A stretch of 64,000 bases of DNA from Strigamia acuminata. Its lineage: Eukaryota. This document shows positions 1 through 9,518 of the stretch, piece after piece. The translations under genes and the position numbers were made by a program. The notes under the pieces were generated by a model that was not told the origin of the DNA, searched no databases, and saw only the letters and a list, made by a program, of their open reading frames with translations. The DNA is taken from NCBI GenBank assembly GCA_949358305.1, contig OX442314.1, positions 5,518,001 to 5,582,000 on the forward strand, written 5' to 3'. Within the stretch, counting starts at the first letter, position 1; the number at the start of each line of letters is the position of its first letter.

Positions 1-1691
1 TAGGGGAATGACGTGTTCAGGCAGAGGAATGCGAAGGGATTAAAAGGGATTAACAAGTTAAGATTCCAATAAAAGAACAGGTCAACACATCTCAATGGAA
101 ATACAAAACACATTATAATATAAAAATGTAACATCGAAATCAAATGCACAAATCAAATAAAATCATAAATTCAATATTAAAATTCACAAGTAAAAAATAG
201 AAATATAAATCAACAATACTAATTTAAACAATATAAATGAAACTCAAATAATAATTCACGCGTAAAATCATCCGATTTTCACAACTACAATTCTTTTAAT
301 TTTCATCTGACTATGAGTTATTTTCTTTGTGCATTTGTCGTAAACTCGGCAAATCTTATTACCCGGTTTTTTTCCCCGAATGTTTGCTAGATACCAAGCG
401 ATTTCAGGCAACGAGGTTAACGATAGACCGAGAAATAGGCCCAGATTGCCTCCTAAATCTGATAGTAAATCAATAACATCATATGTGAACCGTTCTTCAT
501 ACACGTTGATTTTATCGTTAGTTATTGCTAACGATATAGATACAGTGTTTTTATCATCTGCTGGGTTTGCATCAGTGGATGGTGTAAACATTAAATATTC
601 ACATGGACGTCGACATTGACAATCAGCAATTGGGTCGGTAGTTTCAATTAAACGATTTGCAACACCATATAGTTCGTGGGTGGTATTTGAACATTTGCAA
701 AGTGGTAATTCTATCTTTGTAAAGGGAAATCTTGCAAAAAGATGTTTGATTAATACAGTATTTTGATTGTAGTTACTGTATGCATATATCATGCATTCTT
801 ACCTGCATGTCAGATGTTTTTTCAATTTATTCATTAAGCATCCACGGTAGCATTCTTTGTATTCGTTTTTGCTGGAGCATGAACTCGTGGATGAATTGAG
901 AAATATGAACTAAAATTTAAAAGTTTATCTCTGTGTGTGATAATTTTCATTTAAGACTAAAAAATTTACTTTCTTAAAACTCAAATTTAATTTTAATATT
1001 TCACCAAGCTTTGGTATTGTTACATCAATGTTCCTGCCGAAATCGGAGAATGACATGTAAAGCTAAGTCAAAATAGAAAAAAAAATAAATAACAAAATTT
1101 TTATTTTCTGATTCATTAGTAATAATTTAGTAAGCTTACTATGTACGGAGCGATAAGGCATACGTAATCATATTTATTTTCAATATTTACAGTCAATAAA
1201 TTCCGAACAAATGATTTACTAGAAGCTGTAGCTGTAACAATAAATGATACTTGTTATCAAGTAGGTTAGAAGACATGTTTTTTGTCTATAGTTACAAAAT
1301 TGAAATGTTGAGCAGATTCCATACGAAGTGTCAGTTTCCGTGAGAACAACTGTTTTGTTGGAAAATCCCTAAATAAATTAGGTTTAAATCAGTTTTTAAA
1401 AAAGAAAAAAAAAATTATTTTTACTTTTTTTACCTTTATTTTAATGCTGACTATCTCTTTGGTTAAATTCGTCGCTTTCCAAAGTTCATCCATATTATAA
1501 GTTGGTATTTTCATCAGACTTTTCACCATATTTGCACATTCATAGTTGGGTGAAAACGGATCAGCCACAATATTCGGATAAGTTTTATTCCAAAGCCTGA
1601 CCATTTCTTTTGTGTTGCCACTGCAGATCATCAAGCGTGGTAACACAATCTCTTCCGATTTGGTCGTTACGTCAACAGTTGTAGGATAACT

Positions 1692-2322
1692 TGTGGTGAT
1701 TCAGCATCACCTGAAGAAGTAATTAGCGGTGATTATTGTGTTACTAATACTCGCCACTAGAGCGCGCTAGAAATACCGACTAGACTGACTAGTCGCGTGT
1801 TTCTGCGAACCTGCATAATCAGAAGGATTTGCATATGACGTCATTTCCGGTTAATATATATAGCCAATGCTTGACCGGAAACGACACTACAGTTACCACA
1901 TTTCAGCAAGAGCACCATTTACCTCACCTTTCAGGCCGTTTCACGGATTGATCGAGGACCGGTGCCCGCTGACCATTTCAACTGTACAACAGCCACATTT
2001 ATTTAGCGTAGCCAATCTACGCTAGAATAAATATTCGAACGATATTCGTTTAATTCGCACGAGAAAGCGAATTCTCGCGTGTTCATAATAACACGTGGAA
2101 ATACCCTAGACAACAAACATAGACCACGCGTAGGACTAAACAATTGGATCCGCCATTGTTTAGCGGCAACTCGTATTCGCAGCCGAATCCGAGGACCAAC
2201 ACAGGAAACATCTTGACTTATATTTGTATTAGTAAGCGTGTTTTAATAAAGCAGTATTTGAAATATATTGTATTCCCGAGTGTATTATTTATTATCTTTA
2301 ACCACAAAGTCGAATCACGACA
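1692..2322 (+). repeat. E1 5' LTR
   Basis: Direct repeat of 12823-13453. Contains octamer ATTTGCAT (1827), CRE TGACGTCA (1836), a TATA-like box (~1856) and AATAAA (~2245). Confidence 0.97.
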
Positions 2323-2324
2323 CG

Positions 2325-2342
2325 TGGGGGCCTGTCCGGGAT
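2325..2342 (+). promoter_or_regulatory. E1 primer-binding site, tRNA-Pro-like
   Basis: TGGGGGCCTGTCCGGGAT, 2 nt after the LTR; 16/18 match to the canonical tRNA-Pro PBS TGGGGGCTCGTCCGGGAT. Confidence 0.85.
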
Positions 2343-2414
2343 AGATTTGCTAACCTTAAGACAATACTTTAAATAATAACCGGGATCTTTCGATCGATCA
2401 TTATATCGTAAGAA

Positions 2415-5261
2415 ATGACAAAAACTACCGCAGAAGATAGAAAAAGGCGTAACGACGAAAAGGATAGAAAAGAAGCCGAAGAAATCGAACGCCAAAAAGC
2501 GGAAGAAGCGAACCACGTGGAACCAGAAGTCGAGACTAACTCGACTAAAGTTTCAACGGAATCATCAAGTGAAAGCCTTCCCCTTGCAAGACAACTTCCG
2601 TTTACGGGAGGCGAATTCGAAGGATCAGGAAGCTCTCACGAAGAAAACGGACTAAATAAATCGTTCGAAAACCCTCGATTCGGATTGAAAAGCCCAAGAC
2701 CAGTCGAAAAGGATCCCAGTGAAATGGATCTAATGACTCTTCTAAATAAAGCGGCAAACACAAGTGCCGCAATTATCAACGAGGCTGCCCGCGCAGACCA
2801 AGCAAGAACAGTCGCGTTAGAGAAGAAGAAAAACGAATTGATGGAAGATTTAGCCAGAGAGCATCGCGAGAAATTAGCTGCCATGGAACAGAGCTTGGCA
2901 CAAGAACACCAAGCTAAACAAATGGCACTGGAGCGCGAGCTGGCTCGAGAATTGCTCGCGAAGCAGAAAATAATCGAACGAGAAATGGCAAAGGACTGCC
3001 AGATCCGGCCGCCAAGCAACGGGTTAAGCCAGCATTCGGAGCCAAACTCCGTACAGAGCTCCCCAGAACGGTCTCACACAGCTAAGGAGCTGGTAGCCAA
3101 AGCAATAGAAGTAACTCGGGTAGCTTGCGCACACGGCATCGAGATCGACCAGGACAAGGATCCCTACGCAGAGCTAAGCCGAGTAATCGACCTAGTAAAT
3201 CAGAGGACTGAAAAACGATCGGCAGATAACACGGCCAGACGCGGAGAGAAACGACGTCGGGTCGGAGCAGATCGACAACAGTCCGAGACAGGCGGCGAAG
3301 CAACGTCAGACAGCGAAAGTATCGACTCTCAAGCATCTCACGGCAGTATCCGAGTCAACGGACTAGATAGCATCTTGAACGAATCGGACGAAGTCAAAGG
3401 AGAACTGTACGAGGCGTTTATACAGGATAGGAGGAATAATCAGGGCGCACAATCATGGGCAGTAAAAAACTCATTCGCAATGAAAACTGGCCAAACCAGT
3501 AATAACAACCCAGGCGACCCTAACGCAGAGCTAATCAGATGTATAAATCAGAAGAATCAAATACGCAACGAAGTAGGTCAAAATAAACTGGCCATGCCGA
3601 CGCTCGAGGAGATTAACGCAGTTAAAAATCACCTCGAAAAGAAACACGCCGCCGAAGCGTATGCTGGGAGAGATTCCTACGTTTTTATCAAAAAAACGAA
3701 CGAAGGCCTCACGGGGACCCGACTGGACGATCTGATACCGCCCGGAACAAAGTTGAGCCAAACCTCCGCTCCAGAGAAAGCGAACCCAGATAACTCAACC
3801 ATAGCGCAAGACCTCACGAATAACCCGAACACCGCGGGATCATCAGGGAAAACGTCGTTCCAACACAATCAGTTCGGACTGACGGGCAACGGTACGCATT
3901 ACCCAAGCCTCCCTTCCGACAATCCACGATCATCACCGCTGCTTAGTGAGACTGACTCGCTAAGCAACCAACTACGGACGATGAAAGACGAACTCCTTCA
4001 GGCCATGGACCAAAAACTTCAACAAAGCCGTGGCCAAGAGACCGAGGAGGACGATCGAAGCGAAGGATTGTTGAAACGTTACTCCGCAGACCGATGGCTG
4101 TATTCTCGCAAGGATAACAACATCAAGTGGACGACCCTGAGACTAATTAAGTTCGACGGATCCTGGAACGCCGGCAACTTGTTTTTGGACGAAGTCGCCC
4201 TGACGATTAATCGCTTAGGAGCGGAACCCGACGAAATGGTTGCACGCGGAATACCAGAAATGCTGATCAACCGGGCCCGAAACTGGTACGCTGATGTCCA
4301 ACCCCGAAACTGGGAAGATTTCGTCATAAAGTTCCACAATCAATATGGCGAGACGAGCCAAGAAATCCAGAAAAGAGTAAGCTCTATGAAGCAAGCTCCC
4401 GGGGAAACTCTGAGGGAATACGTACAACGAGCCGACAGCCTGTTCCGTGAAATGGACAAACCATTTGACCAACACGCTCAGAAAGCTCTCTTCGAACAAG
4501 GACTAAACGAAACCGCAACCAAAGTCCTACGAGAAATGAACGCTCCTAAAGGGGATAATTTCAAAGCCATCCTAGCTTTCGTCGAGAAGAAACACACCGA
4601 AGTAAATGCTCGGTATAACGAAAATCTGACAAAAGAAGAGCGAGCTCTAGGAGTGGCCCGACAGCAACGAATACAGGAGCGCAGCATAGACTCCACTAAG
4701 CTGCTCCAATCGCGAAATTATCTAAACGGAAGTATAGAGCCACTCCCCTCAAAGAAAAACCAACAAGCTTCTAACCCTTTACCACCTCCGAATAAGGCCT
4801 ATCGCACGCAAACTAACGCCGCCGAGGAAAAGTCGGAAGACGAAGTAAGCGAAGACTCTGAGCAATTCTCGGAAAGCGATGAGGCTGACGAAGGTATCAA
4901 CGATGTGGTACACGCAAACATGGGGAAGGAACTGGCGCCCAGCTACCGACCTCAGATGAAGTCCAGAAAATCGGAACACCACAACCCGAAAACAGAGGCG
5001 ACTTCCGAGAAGAAGGACTACCCCAAAAAACCTTTTGAGCGGGAGGGAAAGAAGAAAAGCCCTTGTAATTTCTGTAACGAAGACGGCCACTGGCGTCAGG
5101 CCTGCCCAAAACTGGCAAAGAAAAAAGCCGACGACAAGGCCGCAGAGCGTGAGGAGCTAGTGAAATTGCTCGCGAAGGAACAAGAAAAAATCTTGAAGGA
5201 ACTCACCGCCAAATTCGACAGTATGACAAAAAACTGGAACTCGCGGGCGGAACAAAAGTGA
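2415..5261 (+). CDS. gag: E1 Gag (948 aa)
   Basis: Coiled-coil N-terminus, retrotransposon capsid-like region (MKQAPGETLREYVQR), CCHC knuckle CNFCNEDGHWRQAC. Confidence 0.92.
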   Translation: MTKTTAEDRKRRNDEKDRKEAEEIERQKAEEANHVEPEVETNSTKVSTESSSESLPLARQLPFTGGEFEGSGSSHEENGLNKSFENPRFGLKSPRPVEKDPSEMDLMTLLNKAANTSAAIINEAARADQARTVALEKKKNELMEDLAREHREKLAAMEQSLAQEHQAKQMALERELARELLAKQKIIEREMAKDCQIRPPSNGLSQHSEPNSVQSSPERSHTAKELVAKAIEVTRVACAHGIEIDQDKDPYAELSRVIDLVNQRTEKRSADNTARRGEKRRRVGADRQQSETGGEATSDSESIDSQASHGSIRVNGLDSILNESDEVKGELYEAFIQDRRNNQGAQSWAVKNSFAMKTGQTSNNNPGDPNAELIRCINQKNQIRNEVGQNKLAMPTLEEINAVKNHLEKKHAAEAYAGRDSYVFIKKTNEGLTGTRLDDLIPPGTKLSQTSAPEKANPDNSTIAQDLTNNPNTAGSSGKTSFQHNQFGLTGNGTHYPSLPSDNPRSSPLLSETDSLSNQLRTMKDELLQAMDQKLQQSRGQETEEDDRSEGLLKRYSADRWLYSRKDNNIKWTTLRLIKFDGSWNAGNLFLDEVALTINRLGAEPDEMVARGIPEMLINRARNWYADVQPRNWEDFVIKFHNQYGETSQEIQKRVSSMKQAPGETLREYVQRADSLFREMDKPFDQHAQKALFEQGLNETATKVLREMNAPKGDNFKAILAFVEKKHTEVNARYNENLTKEERALGVARQQRIQERSIDSTKLLQSRNYLNGSIEPLPSKKNQQASNPLPPPNKAYRTQTNAAEEKSEDEVSEDSEQFSESDEADEGINDVVHANMGKELAPSYRPQMKSRKSEHHNPKTEATSEKKDYPKKPFEREGKKKSPCNFCNEDGHWRQACPKLAKKKADDKAAEREELVKLLAKEQEKILKELTAKFDSMTKNWNSRAEQK

Positions 5262-8200
5262 TTCCACATCCGCTCGCGATAACTTCGAAAACGATGGACC
5301 TTACACTGGTGGAAAAACAAATTAAAGAAATGAAAAAATTGTTGGAATTCTTCGAGGAAGCTGCCAACGAGGAAGTCACAACTCCAACCAAAAAACGGAA
5401 ATTCGAAATTAGAGACGAAGACGGTATAGCCAACGCTTTCATGACTTTGCCGCTTGACCAAGGGGCCAATCCTCTTAAAAAGCGAATACTTCGTTGCAAC
5501 CTATCAACAGAAGCGAAGAGCGTACTGGCTAAAATACCAGTCTCTTTCGGCAAAAAGGTGTTAATGGGACTACTCGACTCGGGAGCGGATCAGTCGTTTA
5601 TCTCCACCGACTTATTCGAATCACTCGAAGAAAAAATACAGAAAAAATTACGGGGAATGAACGAGAATATTCGAGTTCTTACAGCAGCGGGAGAAGTTAG
5701 AGCAGTGGGGACGTTATCAACCGATTTTGTATGGGAAGGAGGCACGATTAAGCATTTCTTCATCGTGTTACCAACCCGAGACACAATCCTGCTGATAGGA
5801 ATGGATTTGATGGAACGGATGAACATCCAGCCCAACCCAGTCACACGTTCGTGGAATTACATCGACAACCACGAGGACCCACGACTACCCATAATACCTC
5901 CGGAACTCCTAGACAAAGCTAAGGACGACGAGGAATGGGGAGGAGGCGAAATTAAGAAGTTCATCCAAGACTATAATTTTAAGTCGTTTAATACTATCCT
6001 CCAAGAGGAGAATTTAATACATAATCTGGCCATGGACGCCAATCTTGGAGAAGAACAAACGAAACTCCTCGAGGAAATGCTCAAGAAGCACTCGAAGAAC
6101 TTAAATAAAGATCCAGGAAAGACTAGTTACGTAATGCACGAGATCGAATTGGTTACGGGAAAACCGGTGCGAGTACCTTTTAAAACTATGAATCCCCAAA
6201 AGAGACATATCGTAAGAACGATGTGCAACGAGTTGCTCGAAAAAGGGATCGTGTCGCACGCCATCGGAGAATATGGAATGAGGATTGTCCTCGTCATGCG
6301 ACCAGGCTCCGAACCGCGCCTCTGCATCGATTATAGACCTTTAAACGCCATAACCGTCATCGACCCCATCCAAATGCCGTCAATAGAAGCGATTCTACGG
6401 GAGCTCGCCCCATTTAACTGGGTCACGACCATGGACTTGTCCAAGGGTTACTGGCAGGTTGAATTGCGGGAAGAGGATAAAGAGAAAACAGCTTTTTGGG
6501 CACCACAGGGTCGACTGATGTTTAATGTAATGCCCTTCGGGTTAGTAAACGCACCCGCCACCTTTCAAAAACTAATAGAAAAAGTTCTCGGCGATGCCTT
6601 ACACAAATACGCATGGGCTTACCTCGATGATATAGTCATAGTCTCCCAAACTTTTGAAGATCACCTGATACACGTGAATGACGTCATGGAGCGACTCACA
6701 AAAGCCGGTCTAAACATTCATCCAGGGAAAAGTAAATTTTGCCGCAAAGAATTGGCATTCCTGGGTTACACAGTCGGAACAGGTGGCCTATCCATCGACC
6801 CGAAAAAGACCCAGGCGATTAGCCAGTTCCCCGCCCCGGAAGATGTAAAAGGAGTCCAACGTTTCATGGGCATGGTGAATTTCTTCAATCGATTGCTCCC
6901 AAATTTGGCAGACGTCGCGGCGCCCATCACAGATCTGTTACGCAACGATAAAGATTTCGAGTGGACTGACCACTGCGAAACATCGTTTAACAAAATAAAA
7001 CAAATGCTGATCGATGTAAAACGAATTCCCCTACCAGATCTTAATCGAGAATTCACTCTTCACACCGACGCCAGTCGAATTGGCCTAGGTGCTGCGTTGC
7101 TTCAAAAGCATGACATCGACGGAGTAGTGTTAGAGGTCCCGACGATGTTCATCAGCCGGAAATTACAAGCAGCCGAAAAGAATTATAATGCGACAGAGTT
7201 AGAATGTCTAGCCGTCGTCTGGGCAATCCGAAAATTCAGACCATACCTGGAATTTACCAAGTTCAACGTACAAACTGACCACGAAGCACTAAAGTGGTTA
7301 ATGGCGTTGAAGGAACCGTCCGGAAGAATGGCTCGCTGGCAGCTAGAATTAATGGCTTGTGACTTAATCATTGAATACCGACCCGGAAAATTCAACGTCG
7401 TGGCAGACGCCCTCTCACGAGCCCCAGCTTCAGACCCCGAAGACGAGACCGACTGCGGAGAGGACGACTCACGCCTCTTCTACTGTCCGAACCCCGTCCG
7501 AAAATGGGAATTTAAAAAGCTAAACGAATTACCCAAGGAGAAACTCGAGTCAGGAGACCAGAATTATTACAGTTATTGGCTCCGAGCGTACCAGTCGGTC
7601 AAGGACGCTCACCCAAATTATGAGCTAACAATAGAACCTCGAATCTCCGACAAGTACGTTCGAGCATTCGTCGCCCACGTAAGCAAGGGGACGAATAGCA
7701 AACCGCCCACCAGGGACGAATTAATAGCCGCCCAGATGGCAGACGACTTCTGTAAAACTTATCGAGACTTCATCACAGATAAAATATTTCCCGACGAGAA
7801 TTTCGACGAAATCCAACGTGAAGAATTCGAAAGAGAAGCCTCCACGTACTTAATCGAGGATGGACTTCTACTAAAACACCACCCGAATTTCCGCGATGAT
7901 CTGACGGAGACAGGAACTTCGATGAAAGTCGTTATACCCAGGAGTCTGCTGACAAGGTTTCTGTGGATGGTCCACGGACACCCGCTCGCCGGACATTCTG
8001 GAGTGGCCAGAACGATCTACCGAGCAAATCAACTTTATTTCTGGCCAAAAATGACCCGAGATATTGTTCGTTTTATTCATCACTGCCCCAGATGCCAAGC
8101 GTGCAAGCCGAGGACGCCCAAGAACTACGAGAGAATCTCACTTGGCCCTTTCGCACCCTTCGATTGCTGGAGCGTGGATTTAATGGGCCCAAAACCCACG

Positions 8201-9340
8201 TCATCCAATAAAAACAAATATATATTAGTAATCATGGATGTCGCGACTGGATGGCCCGAACTCTTTCCAATGGAGAGACCAACTAAGCAAAAAATCATTC
8301 GATGTTTGTACGAAGTGGCGCTTCATTTTGGATTCCCTCGAAAATTAATCTCCGATAATGGACCACAATTCGCGTCAAATTTGTATAAAGACTTCTGTAA
8401 AAAATTCGACATCGAGACATCATATACATCAACCTATAATCCACGGGCCAATCCCGTCGAAAGGTTAAATCGCGATATAAAATATGCACTAGCAATTTTC
8501 ACCGATGTTCACTCCAGCTGGGACGAATATCTTCGTGAAATTGCCTTCAGCATCCGCACAACGATCTCAAGGAACCGCAAATTTTCTCCCGCGTTTCTAA
8601 ACTTCGCTCGGGAACTCAGAGTACCCTGGGACCCACGAATACCGGAGGAAATACTGGAAATTGATCCTGAGAAGCCTCATATTTATGTCGACAGACTGGA
8701 GCAAATAATTTCGGCCACTTATCAGCACATGATGTCACACATATTCGACATGAGAGATCGTATTAGCATTGCTGGAAAGGATCGGCCCTTCTGCAATTTT
8801 AAAGTCAATGACCTCGTCTGGAAAGACACACATATTCAGTCCAGCGCCGATAAGGGGATCCACGCAGGCTTAGCAGACAAACGCGACGGCCCGTACGTCA
8901 TACTCGAAGCCCACGGCGGAAACGCTTTCAAGCTAAAAAGATTGGCAGATAACGTTAATTTTAGATCGATCCACGCCCGAGAATTAACTCCATACTTACC
9001 TGAGTTTCCTCAAGAGGCTTGGACGGAATATCAGACGAAACCAGCGAAAAATCCAATTATTCGCGACATGTTTTTAGATGAACAAACTGGCCCAACCAAT
9101 TTAGTTCAAGATGAGTTACTCGAAGTGGCCGACGCCCCGGATGAGATTTCGGGGAGGGAGGAAATAGTCGCAGAATCTCCTAAAAAAGGAAAGCAATCAA
9201 ACAAAAAGAAGACTACAGGAATCCCCAAACCTGATAAAATATACGGTATGCGCCGACACAAGCCAAACCCGTTCATAAAAGACGGGAAACTCGTCGGAAA
9301 ACAAAAAGCGACTCCGGCCATTGTCTCAAACAATCGATAA
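5228..9340 (+). CDS. pol: E1 Pol (PR-RT-RNaseH-IN), likely via -1 frameshift
   Basis: LLDSGA protease, YLDD RT, TDAS/ELECLAVVWA RNase H, HHCC + DDE integrase, GPY motif. Frame is -1 to gag and open from the A AAA AAC site at 5228-5234. Confidence 0.95.
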   Translation, partial: KKLELAGGTKVIPHPLAITSKTMDLTLVEKQIKEMKKLLEFFEEAANEEVTTPTKKRKFEIRDEDGIANAFMTLPLDQGANPLKKRILRCNLSTEAKSVLAKIPVSFGKKVLMGLLDSGADQSFISTDLFESLEEKIQKKLRGMNENIRVLTAAGEVRAVGTLSTDFVWEGGTIKHFFIVLPTRDTILLIGMDLMERMNIQPNPVTRSWNYIDNHEDPRLPIIPPELLDKAKDDEEWGGGEIKKFIQDYNFKSFNTILQEENLIHNLAMDANLGEEQTKLLEEMLKKHSKNLNKDPGKTSYVMHEIELVTGKPVRVPFKTMNPQKRHIVRTMCNELLEKGIVSHAIGEYGMRIVLVMRPGSEPRLCIDYRPLNAITVIDPIQMPSIEAILRELAPFNWVTTMDLSKGYWQVELREEDKEKTAFWAPQGRLMFNVMPFGLVNAPATFQKLIEKVLGDALHKYAWAYLDDIVIVSQTFEDHLIHVNDVMERLTKAGLNIHPGKSKFCRKELAFLGYTVGTGGLSIDPKKTQAISQFPAPEDVKGVQRFMGMVNFFNRLLPNLADVAAPITDLLRNDKDFEWTDHCETSFNKIKQMLIDVKRIPLPDLNREFTLHTDASRIGLGAALLQKHDIDGVVLEVPTMFISRKLQAAEKNYNATELECLAVVWAIRKFRPYLEFTKFNVQTDHEALKWLMALKEPSGRMARWQLELMACDLIIEYRPGKFNVVADALSRAPASDPEDETDCGEDDSRLFYCPNPVRKWEFKKLNELPKEKLESGDQNYYSYWLRAYQSVKDAHPNYELTIEPRISDKYVRAFVAHVSKGTNSKPPTRDELIAAQMADDFCKTYRDFITDKIFPDENFDEIQREEFEREASTYLIEDGLLLKHHPNFRDDLTETGTSMKVVIPRSLLTRFLWMVHGHPLAGHSGVARTIYRANQLYFWPKMTRDIVRFIHHCPRCQACKPRTPKNYERISLGPFAPFDCWSVDLMGPKPTSSNKNKYILVIMDVATGWPELFPMERPTKQKIIRCLYEVALHFGFPRKLISDNGPQFASNLYKDFCKKFDIETSYTSTYNPRANPVERLNRDIKYALAIFTDVHSSWDEYLREIAFSIRTTISRNRKFSPAFLNFARELRVPWDPRIPEEILEIDPEKPHIYVDRLEQIISATYQHMMSHIFDMRDRISIAGKDRPFCNFKVNDLVWKDTHIQSSADKGIHAGLADKRDGPYVILEAHGGNAFKLKRLADNVNFRSIHARELTPYLPEFPQEAWTEYQTKPAKNPIIRDMFLDEQTGPTNLVQDELLEVADAPDEISGREEIVAESPKKGKQSNKKKTTGIPKPDKIYGMRRHKPNPFIKDGKLVGKQKATPAIVSNNR

Positions 9341-9518
9341 AAACAACCACAGGGGGGACACCTGTTACGTCCCACAATGCGTCTTAATTGGCCAAACCAA
9401 TCAAAGATGACATGAGACTAATAGTTAACCTCTAACCCGACCCACACTTATCACTGTCATCTCCGACTAAGCAACGATCACCTCGAGACAGCCGTGAAAT
9501 CAAATTAGTTTCCGAAAA

